64,000 nt of DNA from Octopus sinensis (GCF_006345805.1 NC_043006.1:67642001-67706000); one strand, 5' to 3'; positions 47,900 through 61,860 are shown, counted from the stretch's first letter. Notes: generated by a model from the letters alone, not told the origin. Translations and numbers: made by a program.

Positions 47900-50800
47900 T
47901 ACCATTTTCCCATCCCCATTACTACCCAATCACACAATCCGCACTAACCAGGCTGTTATGTCTAGCCCCAGGCCAGCTCTGCTCAGACTAGTGATTAAGT
48001 GCATCCTTACCATTAATATTGCCGTCTTTTATTTAGACACAGTATATCTAGGACTCTTTTACCCAATGTCTGTTGCCTTTTTGTTTTGCTACAACTCGGC
48101 TATGTCTATCCTGTCTCATGTGCAGGGACTACATTAAATCATTTTTTTTTTGTTTTTGTAAGATAGTAAGATGTGGTTAATGCAGATCTGCCTGTTACAT
48201 TACAGTGGCTTCGTCATTGATAGGATGTAATTAAATGGGAGATATGGCTGTTAGAAGATAAAAACTCTGTCAGTGACTTATTTAATATGACCTGTGTCAA
48301 GCCAGGTAACAGAATTTATCTTCTACTTCCAACAAACAATTCCTGCAAGTCTGGCTGCTAATACTTTGTCTGTACCACTCCAACCTTTTTTCTTTTCTTT
48401 TCTTTACCACCATGAACCAGTTTCATGCAAGGTTATTTTTCCATGGAGTGGGCGATCATGTGCATAATAAAGCACAATAAAGTATATATTTATTACTTAT
48501 ATAATATATTTATTACTTATATAATACATATTACATACACACACGCATGTAATGCAAAAATACCCTGCAAACTGTGATAGTCAAAAGAATAGAAATATAA
48601 TTCTAAAATGTATTCTTTCTGTGCGATCCTGTGGTTGGTAACCCCCTACTATAAGTAACTCCAGTCCACCTGGCGTATTGCCCAAAGTTTTGTCAACCAT
48701 GACGTTCTAACAGAGATTTTACTGAATGTTTATGGTACCACTCTTTGGAGAGATTATACAGCATTGTGCTCCACTTCCACACAGCTTTAATGCCCAATGT
48801 CTTGTCTAATGAGCTACTTCCTTGACCTCCACAAGCTATTAACCCTTTCGTTACCAACTCGGCTCTGGCTCTGAGTACAAATGTCTTGTTTTCATAAGTT
48901 TTGAATTAAAATCTTCCACCAAACCTTAGTCACAATTTATGTTCCTAACACTAGCTGAATGATAACTAAGTTATTTTACTAAATTCTTTGTTATATTTAA
49001 AGTAATTGAAAGAAATACAGAGCATCTCCAAATAAATACAGTGAAGAAAGGGTTAATGAGTCACTCGGTGGTGTATGCATGTATGTAGTGTGTATAATTC
49101 AGGTAAATTTAGTATCTATAAATATATATACATTTCCGAAACTTGGAAATATATGCACATGAAAATATACACATGCATTAAAAACATACACTCACCCACA
49201 TGTATCACATACACCTTTGGATCTCAACAGGGTCCATGTAAGATTTTATTGTTACAAGTTATGTGCAATTGATTGGTTATACCTCTACTATACTCAAAAT
49301 AGGTCATTAGTTAATTGTATTATTCCCTATGATGTTTAATTGGTGGCACATAAAAAGCACCAACCGATCGTGGCTGTTTCCAGCCTCCTCTGGCCCCTGT
49401 GCCAGTGGCATGTAAAAAGCATCCACTACACTCACAGAGTGGTTGGCGTTAGGACGAGCATCCAGCTGTAGAAACACTGCCAGATCAGACTGGAGCCTGG
49501 AGCAGCCTCCTGGCTTCCCAGACTCTGGTCGAACTAGCATGGAAAACGGATGTTAAACGATGATGATGATGAAGGTATAATAGGATTTTTTTAACCCTTT
49601 AGTATTTAAACCGGCCATATCCGGCCAAAATATTTAATCTGTTTTATGTTCAAACTGACCAGATCCAGGCTCTCACACCTACCCTACAATGTTATTCTAC
49701 ATTAAGTAGTTACACCATCAAGATCTTGAAGATATGGGATAATGCATGATCAATTCAAGTCAATGTGAATCAATAGGCATTATGTTTGATTGAATAATCT
49801 GAACACTAAAGGATTAAACATTGAATGGTTATGAGGGTTCACCCAAGTAAAATAGGAACCATAGGTAAAAAGGGTTCAGAATCACTGAGCCATACACTAG
49901 TAACACAGATAGCAACATAAACATATATACCATACATGTCAATGCACACACATTCACATACATATGTGTAAATAGTCAAATATTTACACATGCACACATA
50001 TTAGTTGTGTGTGTGTATCGCATATCAATGTAAGACATACAGATATGTACACACAGAAACACATGTATGTAAACGCCCAATTAATGTGTACACATGTATG
50101 TACATATATAACACCTCAATACAGACACGTACACAAGTGTGTACCTACACACACGCACATGTACACACAAATACACAGGTACATCGGCATGAACACACAT
50201 ACACACATGCGTATTCACCAACCCGCACACTCATGCACATACACAAACGCACACATGGCACCAATGACTCAGTGAGAGATGAGTGGACACTTAATGGACG
50301 GAAATGGTTCACGACATCCTTTACAGTTGCCTAGGTGACGCATGTAAGGTCATCTGCACTGGTTAGGTCTCTGAACATAGAGATCCCAAGTTCAATATCT
50401 CTTCACAGCAGTGTGACAACATCCATAAGGAAGTCACACTTTGTATATAACAAGGTTTCTTCCTAGTGCTGTTTCCTCTTGTATCGGAAGGTCGTGTGTA
50501 TACTGGTTTGTAAACCAATATGTATAAATTATATAATAATGTATATATATATATATATATATCTTTCTACTTGTTTCAGTCTTAGACCATGACCATGCTG
50601 GGGCAACACCATAAAAAATACTTAATCAAATGAATGAACCCCAGTACTTTTTTTACTTGTTCTGTTGACTCTTTTGCTGAACCACTAAGTTATAGGAACA
50701 TAAACACACCAACACCTGTTGCCAAGCAGTGGTGGTGGATCATACACGTGCATGCACACACGACAGGCTTCTTTAGTTTCCGTCTACCAAATTCACTCAC

Positions 50801-51105
50801 AAGGCTTTGGTTGGCCTGAGGCTATAGTAGAAGATACTTGGCCAAGGTGCCATGCAGTGGGACAGAACCCAGAACCATGTGGTTAGGAAGCAAGCATCTT
50901 ACCACACAGCCATGCCTCTGCATATATGCATATGGTTATTGACAATTTTGTCTTTTTTTCGGCATATTTGGCATTGGAATCTTTTCTTTTGCCCTTATTT
51001 TGTAAACTATTTATAAATTTAACCTTTAAAGGTATTTTTTGATATGCTGGCCATTGATAAAATTTTTTTTCTAGAAAAAATTTTATCCTACATTAGTAAT
51101 ATATA

Positions 51106-51136
<31 letters not shown>

Positions 51137-51899
51137 CTAATGTAGGATAAAATTTTTTAGAGAAAAAAAATTTTATCAAATTTTATATATATATTTATAT
51201 ATAGGCGCAGGAGTGGCTGTGTGGTAAGTAGCTTGCTAACCAACCACACGGTTGCGGGTTCAGTCCCACTGCGTGGCATCTTGGGCAAGTGTCTTCTGCT
51301 ATAGCCCCGGGCCGACCAATGCCTTGTGAGTGGATTTGGTAGACGGAAACTGAAAGAAGCCTGTCGTATATATGTATATATATATGTATGCATGTGTTTG
51401 TGTGTCTGTGTTTGTCCCTCTAGCATTGCTTGACAACCGATGCTGGTGTGTTTAGGTCCCCGTCACTTAGCGGTTCGGCAAAAAGAGACCGATAGAATAA
51501 GTACTAAAAGGTGGTGCTCCAGCATGGCCGCAGTCAAATGACTGAAACAAGTAAAAGAGTAAAAGAGAGTATATGTTAAAGGTTATATTATGTTGGAGTA
51601 TAGTAGAGAAATATTGACTGTCAAAGTGATTTTTTGAAAATTAATATAATGAACGTACAATATGAAGTAAGAACGTGTTGAATCTAAGTTTGTTTTCTCT
51701 GTCTTTCTCTCGTGTGTATGTGTCTGTGTGCACATACAATAGTTTCTCATTTTCTGGGTATGTATATGTCTGTGTCCAGTGTATGTTTGTGTTTATATAA
51801 TGTGTGTGTTTGCATATACTTTCTTTAGTTTCTGTGTGTTTTTGTATGTAATTTGTGTACATGTGTATGTATTTGTATCTGTTTATACTTTGCATGCTA

Positions 51900-51938
<39 letters not shown>

Positions 51939-52929
51939 GTTTGCATATGAATGTATTGTATGTGTACATGTGAATGCAAGTGTGTTTGTGTGTCCGTCCC
52001 CCCTCTGTGATTATCGTCAAGTGTATGATGTCGATGATAATGATGATGGTTCTACTTAAAGATACAGTATGTATAAAGTCTATTGCCTTAATCAGGAGAT
52101 TAAAAGACAAGGTCAGCTCATAGTGGTCCAACTTAAAGGTCAACCTACCTCCCTGTCTAAAAACAAGGTGTGGTACTTTTTGCTATTGTTAAACTGCTGT
52201 TACTACCACAACCATCTCTCAACCAACTCTACTAATATTATTGACTACTTCCTCCACTACAGCCCAAAACAGCTTGTACATCAATGATTTTCTAATTTTG
52301 TAGTTCACTATTACACCTCACAGTAAGAGTTTAAATAGTAAAAAAGTATGTTTCAAAGTTTAAAATTTAGTAAAAATATGGAAAATGTTTTTTCTTAGCC
52401 ATCTATGTATCATATTTTAATGTAAATATGTCACTGAAAAGTAAATTTACTGCAGTATTTGTCCAGATATAATACTTATGGACGTGGTGTGTTTAAAAAT
52501 GATATATATATATATACAATGGAGATGAAAATTGTTGCAGCTGCGACTAGTGAGAACACCGGATGCATCTTGGCCTTGTTGGCCCTTGTCAGTGGTATAT
52601 TCACAATCAATAGCATACTCAGATGAAATTTGTTGCCACAAATATAGAGGAAAACAGTGTAAAACATTCACTGGTGTCACAAATAACCACCCAGCTGAAT
52701 AAAAATATGTTACATACAATAGAATCAATATTAAATTAAGGTAGCCATCTATGTATCATACTTAATGTAGGCGTGGCTGTGTGGTAAGAAGCTTGCTTCC
52801 CAACCACATGGTACCGGGTTCAGTCCTACTGTGTGGCACCTTGGGCAAGTGTCTTCTACTATAGCCCCGGGCCAACCAAAGCCTTATCAGTGTATTTGGT
52901 AGATGAAAACTGAAAGAAGCCTGTCGTAT

Positions 52930-52971
<42 letters not shown>

Positions 52972-54385
52972 GTATGTCTATATATTTGTGTGTCTGTGTT
53001 CGTCCCTCCAACAGTGCTTGACAACCGATTTTGGTGTGTTTACATCCCTGTAACTTAGCAGTTCAGCTAAAGAGACCAATAGAATAAGTACTAGGCTTAG
53101 AAAGAATAAGTCCTGGGGTCAATTTGTTTGAGTAAAGGCAGTGCTCCAGCATGGCTGCAGTCAAATGACTGAAACCAATAAAAGAACGTAAATACATTGT
53201 TGAAAGGCAAATTTACTGTGGTATTCATCCAGAGATAATATCTCTTATGGATAACTGATACTCGGTTACGACAACAAGGGTTCCAGTTGATCTGATCAAT
53301 GGAACAGCCTGCTCATGAAATTAATGCATAAGTGGCTGAGCACTCCACAGACACATGTACCCTTACTGTAGTTCTCTGGGAGAGCCAGCGTGACACTGAG
53401 TGTGACATAGCTGGCCCTTTGAAATACAGTTACTATTCATTTTTGCCAGCTGAATGGACTGGAGCAATGTGAAATAAAGTGTCTTACTCAAGGACACAAT
53501 GCATTGTTGGGAACTGAACTTCTAATCTTAAAATTGTGAGCCAAATACCCTAATCACCAAGCCACTGCCTTCATTCTTATAGATGTGGTGTGTTTAAAAA
53601 CAAAATGTATTGGAAGAAGAGGAAAATCGCCCCAGTGGCTGCTAGCGAGAATGTCAGTTGCATTTGAGCCTCATTGGGCCTTGTCAATGGCATCTACTCA
53701 CAGCCAACAGCATGCTAAGACAAGATTTGTTGCCACTGATAGATTAGAAAACAGTGAGAAAAATTCCTGGTATTGTGAGTAGCTGCCTGGCTGAAATCCA
53801 TTATGTGCAGTAGATGCAGTGTTGAATTAAAATAGCAATCTATAGGTGCAGGCATGGTTATGTGGTAAGAGGTTTGTTTTCCAATAACATGGTTCTGGGT
53901 TCAATTCCACTACGTGACACTTTGAGCAAGTGTCTCCTGTTATAACCTTAGGGCTGGCTAAAGTCTTATGAGTAGATTTGGTAGACGGAAACTGAAAGAA
54001 GCCCATCATATGTATGTGTGTGTCTTTGTCTCCGTGTTTGTTCCTCCACAGTCATTTGATGTTGGTGTGTTTACATCCCTGTAACTTAAAAGTTTAGCAA
54101 AATCAGCGATAGAATAAGAAAAAAGAAAAAAATACTGGGGTCGATTCATTTGAATAAAATTCTTCAAGGTGGCGCCTCAAAACTGATGATTAAAACAAGT
54201 AAAAGATAAATATCATAATGTAAATACCTTGTTTAAAGGCAAATTTACTGTGATATCTTTTTGGAGATAACATCTCTTATGCATGTGCTATGTTCAAAAA
54301 ACCACAATGTATAGTGGAGGGAAATGGAAAATGTCCCTGCAGTGACTAGCAGGAATGCCAGGTTTCTTTTACTTGGGATCTAGAG

Positions 54386-54555
54386 CAGTGCTCCACAACC
54401 CTTTTTCACTTGCTGTACACTTGTTTTCAAAATTCGGCAGCACACTTGAACTAAAAATATAAATAAAAGTACAAGGAAAGAAATTATGTTCAGGTTACAC
54501 TGTGGCACACCTAGCATTGTCTTGTGGCATACCAGTGTACCACAGCATAACACTG
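54386..54555. mobile_element. hAT (Charlie-like) MITE with 8-bp TSD
   Basis: CAGTG...CACTG ends, flanked by ATCTAGAG / GTCTAGAG (7/8 identical; NTCTAGAN target consensus). Confidence 0.75.
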
Positions 54556-55974
54556 GTCTAGAGTAATGTACTCTGCTTATGGCCTTTGCAGGTATTCCTA
54601 CACTGGTGAGATTGTCATTGATGTTCTCTCTTTAACCTTGTCAACAACTGCAGGGAAGAGATAAAATTGTGATTGCTAATAGAGGAATAAGTGGTATTGA
54701 ACGGATTGTATAGTAATTCCATGGAATGGGACACCTATGTACAGGTGTTTGAATACTAATGATTTGGCATGGCTGGTTGGATATTCAACCTGTTTTGAGG
54801 AGAGTACGTTTTGGCATTAGAGGCACATATATGCAAAAATCATTATCATCATCGTTTAACGTCCGCTTTCCATGCTAGCATGGGTTGGACGATTTGACAG
54901 AGGACTGGCGAACCAGATGGCTGCACCAGACTCCAATCTGATCTGGCAGAGTTTCTACAGCTGGATGCCCTTCCTAATGCCAAACACTCCGAGAGTGTAG
55001 TGGGTGCTTTTACGTGCCACTGGTACGAGGGCCAGTCAGGCGGTACTGGCAATGGTCACGCTCAAATGGTGCTATTTATGTGCCACCTGCACAGGAGCTA
55101 GTCCAGCAGCACTGTCAACGACCTCGCTCGAATATTTTTTCACGTGCCATCAGCACAAGTGCTAGTAAGGCGACGCAGGTAACAATCACGCTTGAATGGT
55201 ACTTTTAATGTGCCATCGGCACGGAAGCCAGCTTGTATATATGCAAAATATATTCAGATAAATGGAGAAAGAGATATTACAATCTTGCAACAAGTGTCGC
55301 TGGCCATTCTGTAGCAATGCCATTGCAATCATGTCTGCAGGGCATGACTGAAGATGTCAATTGTTCTAGGGTGTACAACTTGTTACTACTAACCACCCCC
55401 CGCCTTTTTTTTCATTTTCTTTGTTTCCTTGTAATTAAATTGTTATTCAATCTCTAAATAAAATTTATTAATCAAGCCTAATTGATGGAAACACCATCCC
55501 TCTCCTTGTACACGTAGAGAGCAATATGCTAACTTAACATAAACAGAGAGAGGTATTGCATATATAAATACTAGATGTTCACACAGAGAGGGAGAGAGAG
55601 AGAGAATAGGGGAAGCATTGATACATCTGATTTGAAATGAGTCAGTGCTGAATTGGTAACGCCAAATGGGCAGTGCCAAATGGGTAGTGCCAAAACGTCG
55701 GATACTCCTCAACTCCACAGCCCAGGTAGCATGACTTAAGTGTTCTTGTTGTTGTTGAAGTAGTGGTGAATGAATCATTGACAAAGCATTGCAAGCTTGT
55801 ACAGTTATTAGTGAAGGAGAAAATAGAATTGTTTAGGATTCTTGTAATTCATACCCCGTCATGTATGATGAACAATGCAATGCAAGTGGCATGTTTGAAT
55901 CATTTAGTTTCTAAACAATTCTAAACAATAGTTAGGTGAGCTATTGAAGAAGACTGTACATAATTGCTCAAAAT

Positions 55975-56101
55975 GCAGGAAATAGTAATCAAGTCTCCCG
56001 TACATTGCAGGAAATAATAGTCAAATCTCTCTCAAATTGCAGTAAATAATAGTTAAATCTCCCTCGGATTGCAGGAAATAATAGTCAAAGTTCCCTCAGA
56101 T
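55975..56101. repeat. 32-bp unit x4, diverged (GCAGGAAATAATAGTCAAATCTCCCTC..ATT)
   Basis: Copies start at about 55975, 56007, 56039 and 56071. Confidence 0.85.
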
Positions 56102-57706
56102 GACACCATACAATTTTCAAAAATGACGCATTAGATAATGCAGTCCTAGACATATTATTCCTCAGCAGTAGCCTAGGGCTAAACTACTACCACTTAATGT
56201 TAACATTTAATACATGGATTATTATACTGCTAACTAGTTCACTCAGCTGAAGTAATGTGTTACAATGTATCGGCCTTTGCCTTTCCCTTGGATAACACTG
56301 GTGGCGTGGAGAGGGATCAGTGGCGTGTTCATTGCCAGTGTCGCCTAACTGGACCCCGTGCTGGTGGCACATAAAAATGCACCATTCGAGCGTGGTTGAT
56401 GCCAGTGCCACCTGACTGGCTCTCATGTCAGTGGCATGTAAAAAGCACCATTCAAGCGTGGTTGATGCCAAAGCCACCTGACTGGCTCTTATGCTGGTGC
56501 CACATAAAAAGCACCATTCAAGCATGGTTGATGCCAGTACCACTTGACTGGCCCATGCTAGTGGCATGTAAAAAGCATCCACTACACTCTAAGAGTGGTT
56601 GGCGTTAGGAAGGACATCCAGCTGTAGAAACCTTGCCAGATCAGATTGGAGCCTGATGCAGCCTCCTGACTTGCCAGTCCTCAATCAAACCTCCAACCCA
56701 TGCCAGCATGGAAAGCGGACCTTAAAAGATGATGATGTCATGTCATTTTGGATGTGATGTTGTTATTTAGCCTGACTGAGCAGATCTATGACCAAAGGCA
56801 TCCCAGCTATGACCTTTTTCACTTTTTAAGATAGTAGCGTGTGGTTTGAGGGAAATTCAGCTGCTATTTCTTGTAGATCAGGCAGCCATTTACAGTCTTC
56901 TTTGCTGCTGCTGTTAGTGGTAGTTAAACTATTTCATAATCGTGTGATTGCATTTAACCTTGAGTTGACCAACAACAACGAGAATAAATACTGTATTATT
57001 TAAGAATTATTTTAGAGATAATCTTTTTTTTTTCTTTCAGGTAATAATCATGTCGATAGTGATGTTGGTGGTAATTGTGGTGGTCATGATGATGATGATG
57101 ATGATCGTAGTGATGGTGTTGATGTCAATGATAATGATTGTTTTGATGATGATGTTGGTGATGATTGTGCAATTAGAAAGCACAGCAGTGTGTATCTTTT
57201 CCAATAGCATTATTGCGGACGACTGATGACCTTTGGCTTATTGATGAGGATGACGGACTGGGTCGGTGTAAGGATTGGGGAGAAGGTGTTGTTGTTGTTG
57301 GTAGTGGTGGTGGTGGTGATGGGGGACCTATTCTACAATCATTAAGTGCATGGCTGGATTTCTATAAATGTTAGACTTACACAAACACACGCGTGCACAC
57401 ATACACTCATTCTTCCTCTCATACCTCCATTCATGCTGCTGCTATATACTCCCACTTACTTACCTGTTCATACTCGCCCTATCAGCATGACATCAATACC
57501 GACATCATGAACATTGTACATTACACAGAGCAGCATATTCTGGCCTCCCATGTAGATAGGGATTTTCGCCCAGAGGATCTTTACATATACCCCTACCTCA
57601 TTCAGTGCTTGTCCTTGCACCCAGTAACACCTTGTTAATGTGTTTGTATACATGTATGTATGTAATTAATTTGTATGTTCTAATAATGTAATCTTGCATG
57701 TATATA

Positions 57707-57742
<36 letters not shown>

Positions 57743-58562
57743 CATACATATGTTTGTGTGTAATTGTTATTTTAAGTAAATGTGCGTATATAAATATTTA
57801 TGTAGTTTGTGTAATTTTGTGTGTGTGCACTTGCATGTGTGCATGAGTTTGTTGATGGAAAGTGATTTGGACTTGCTCCCTCTGTACAGCCAAACATCTT
57901 CCACCATCAAAGTTCTATTTAACCTTCTGCTGACCGCACAGCCTCCACCCCAACCTCCTACCCCATTGCCTCCCTTTCATGTTTTAATTCCATCTAGACT
58001 TTCTGTGCATGTATAAAGGGTGTTGGAGTTTGTGTGTGTGTGTTTGTAAAGTATCTTGGCAAACTGTCTTTCACTTCCGTTACTACCACCACCACCACTG
58101 GCTCTTCATCCCACCTTCACTGCATGCCTTAATCACCCCCTCACACACATATCGACACAGCCCCCCATCCGATTCCTTACTCCAGACCTCCACCCTCACC
58201 TATCTTACAGTGCATCCTTTCCATGTATTCCTGTATACTTGACCTGTACATATTCATGTAGTTTCCATTCACCACACTGTCTTCTTAACTCAGCCACCAC
58301 TACCACCACATACAATCCGTCTTTATATTTCTTAAGAGTGGATGCTGGGTTATGCTGGTTTGTGACTAGATAGCAAAAAAAAAAAACAAAAATAGACCCT
58401 AAACCCCTCAAAAACCAAAACAAAAAAACAAACAAAACAATGAAGCTATCGGAAAAAACTACCGCTTCTGGCACCAGTAACTGTGTTGATGATGATGATG
58501 ATTGTGATGATGTTATTTACGTCTACAAACCACCTGAACAACTGATGCTCTATATTTTGCAG

Positions 58563-58646
58563 CCACCCCTGGTGCAAGCCTGTTTTCACAAGAACCTCGA
58601 CGAAGTCCGAACTCTCTTGCAGCAAAAGACTGAGGTTAATTTTCAG
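58563..58646 (+). CDS. ANKRD28/44/52: Coding exon 2 (PPLVQACFHKNLDEVRTLLQQKTEVNFQ)
   Basis: Acceptor ttttgcag at 58555-58562, donor CAG|GTAAGT, 84 nt. Clear similarity to the ANKRD28/44/52 first ankyrin repeat (PPLVQAIF..D.EEVR.L....EDVNFQ). Confidence 0.93.
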
Positions 58647-59429
58647 GTAAGTTGCCTCTTGTTTTCTTGTTGTTGTTATCATTGTTGTTTTTGGAACCTA
58701 AGATATAGAAGACTACATTAATCTGTGTGTCCTTCTTTGATCAGCCCCGATTCAGCAGAAATACAATCCTAGGACTTTCAGCTGGGACATCACTGTCTGT
58801 GTTCTCACTTATTTAAAGACATTAGGATATGATGTGAGGGTTATTTGGCTACTATTTATTGCAGATTCTGTGTTTACACATGAGGGCACATGGCCTAGTG
58901 TTTAGGGTGTTGCACTCACAATCGTGGGATCGTGGTTTCAGTTCCTAGACCAGGTGGTGCTTTGTGTTCTTCGAGCAAAACACTTCATCTCGCATTGCTC
59001 TGCGATCACTTTGACACCTGATGCGTGGCACACAGTGCACCTGTTTAGACAATGTCAATTTGATGGAGGGAGTGAGCTAAAACACAGCCCAAACATTTGA
59101 TCACTATAAACAAATCATTTTGTGCAGGTCGTTCGGTAAAAGCTGAACCCTCATATGTCATCTTTGACAGGAGAGACCATCTGTGTTTACATGGAGATTT
59201 TCTTATTAACTGAACCTGTTTCATGTAACTGCTGTTCAACCCCAGGCGAGCCTTGACCCAGCAGACCTATGATCAAAGGTGTTCTAGCATTGGCCGACTT
59301 TTATCTCTTCGGGCATAACATGTCCAGGACTACCTTATCCAATGTTCCCTTAAAAAGAAAAAAAATGGTAATGTGCAATTTGAAGGTGATTTAACTGCTA
59401 CTTCTAATGCATCAAGTAACCATGCAGAT

Positions 59430-59650
59430 CAGTGGTTCTCAGAACCTTTTTTTGCCTATGGACCTCTTTGATTCCGATTTCACTCAGATGGACCCCCATA
59501 GCCATTTAATCATTAAAAAAATCCTATTTTATATCTATAATTAGGTATTAGGAATTGTATTAAAAAATTTTGTGCCTTGAAGTATAAGCAAATTATTGCA
59601 CATAAATTTTAACAACAAAATTCTATAAGGACCTGCAAGGGCCGTATGGA
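59430..59650. mobile_element. hAT-type MITE, decayed; related end at 19666
   Basis: CAGTGGTTCTCA / TGAGACCCAATG degenerate TIRs. Confidence 0.5.
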
Positions 59651-60639
59651 CTTTGGTTGAGACCCAATGATGCAAATACTTTCTTCCTGTTGAGTCATTG
59701 TTGTTATCCATTGTTAGGTAACCGGTTAAGCATCACCACTTGACCACATTTAGCTGACCCCAGGCTTTGAAGTCAGATCTCCAGTCTGGGGATAACTCCA
59801 TCACTTCTTAGATCTGTTATGACCCCTAGCATTCCTAAGACTGGAGCTTGACTTGGTTTCCATGGTGTGTAAGTGACTGAGATTACAAGACTTTCTCCAC
59901 TGGATGGGATGCCAGTTCATCACAGGGTTAACTTCCCAGTCATCACTGGAACTTATTTACACCTGAATGAACTGGAGCAACATGCAATGAAGTGTTTTGC
60001 TCATGAACACAATACACCATCTTGTCCAGGAATCAAAGCTAAGATCTTACAATTGTGAATGCAACCCTCTTATCCACTAGACCACATATTCACACATCCC
60101 TTCTTCTAACCAGTCTTGGAGTCCCTGAAAAGGATCATAGCTGCTATCCCTCTCCTGGTGGAAAAATTTGGAGGATAAACCTTACAACTCTGACCAGCAC
60201 CATGTGCATAGACCTCTAAATGCGCCATGTGAATGGAGTATCTAGAAAACTCTGTCCCCTCCTTGGACTTTTATGATCATCTAAGCTATTATTTTAACTC
60301 TAGTTTCTGTACAGGCTTTCAATGGATGTAAGATAAATCACTCCTCCCCCTGGATGTGTTAACCATGACTACACTATCATAACCTACTTTTATATCTCTA
60401 TAGTTTACAAAACATTGTTGTGTTTACAGCTCGGTGGTGCAGTAGCCATGGACGTAACACAGTGCCAAGGAAAGGATACAAACTTCTGACCTTTCAATTG
60501 ATAATCCCCTATCCACTTGGTTGCTTACAATTTGTCAATCTGGACTAATGAGTTATGGGAGATTGTGGTGGTGGGGCATATTTTCAGTCTCTTATCTTTT
60601 TGGAAGTCATTTTTAGTTTTACAAAAAAAAATTTTAACA

Positions 60640-60876
60640 TAAATGGGGTGGCCCAAAAGTAGGTCTATAGTTATTCAACTATCTCTTTCGCATTTATATA
60701 TTAACAGTTTAGATCTTAATCATAAAAAAATATGAAACCATCATTCTAATTTTAATTTTTTCAAGCTCCCTTTTCAGGTTGTATGATAGAAATTTAAATG
60801 TAATAAAATGTTTTAAAAGAAAATTGAAGTGCCTACATGATAACTGTAAACCTACTTTTGGGCCACCCACCCTGTA
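60640..60876. mobile_element. Tc1/mariner-type MITE
   Basis: TIRs GGGTGGCCCAAAAGTAGGT.TA.AGTTAT / ATAACTGTAAACCTACTTTTGGGCCACCC, with TA at the right end. Confidence 0.75.
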
Positions 60877-61064
60877 TATTGTACATTAGCTCAAACTGGA
60901 ATTAAACTCGCAAAACTTTTTATTTTTCTATGCATTCTTCTAACACTTTTCACTGTTGTGGATATCTCATTGTCTCAGTCCCTAATGGTTTATCTAATAA
61001 AGGGTAAAATTAATTAATTTTACCAAGTAGTTCTGTATGTTAAAAGAACCATTATCGGTAACCT

Positions 61065-61342
61065 TATACAAAAATTCTATAATTATAAGCATAATTATAA
61101 TTAGGGTTCAGCAAAATTGCTTCACCACATACCAAAATTTAGAAATAGCAGTTAAATAGCAGCCAGGTGGATTTGTTATTTTTCCCCTCTTTACCTGCAG
61201 GAGTTGAGAGTATTGCTGTCAGGGAGATATCTTATGATAGTGGAATAGTATTTAACTGCTATTTCTAAATTTCGGTAGGTGGTGAAGCAATTTTGCTGAA
61301 ACCTAATTATAATTATTGTAATAATTATAGAATTTTTGTATA
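61065..61342. mobile_element. Fold-back / long-TIR MITE (~93-bp arms, ~90-bp spacer) in intron 2
   Basis: 61065-61158 is the reverse complement of 61249-61342 with few mismatches. Confidence 0.8.
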
Positions 61343-61811
61343 TCTGTCTATCATATATAAAATGTGTGCAGGCACATGATTGCAAGGTTGTGGTTTCAAT
61401 TCTCAGACTGACAGTGCATTGAGCTCTTGAGCCAAACATTTCATTTCACATTGCCCCAGTCCACTCATCTGTAAATGGATAAGCCTGCAATGAACTGGCA
61501 TTCCACTGTCTGACTTGCTAGTTGGCTGGCGTGTTAATTCATTCAAAAGCTACAATGTGAGGAAGTGCATTGTGACCAGCAGTGTATAACATCTGATAGT
61601 CTGATTGATAATGAGATAGAACAATGTAGATAAACAGCATATGACACAGAAATCCAATTTGAATGCTTTTGGCTATCAAATTGTTCTTTGTTAATTACTG
61701 AATTGCATTTATAAATTATAAATCACTAATCAACAGACCCTCTTCATATTCCCTTCAGCATAACATAAACAGCAGCCACCTCTCCCTCAAATCACACTCT
61801 TCTCTTACATG

Positions 61812-61860
<49 letters not shown>

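Noticed and set aside
52519-52628. Short hydrophobic ORF MEMKIVAAATSENTGCILALLALVSGIFTINSILR in the triplicated unit
   Set aside because: The frame is not preserved in the sister copies.
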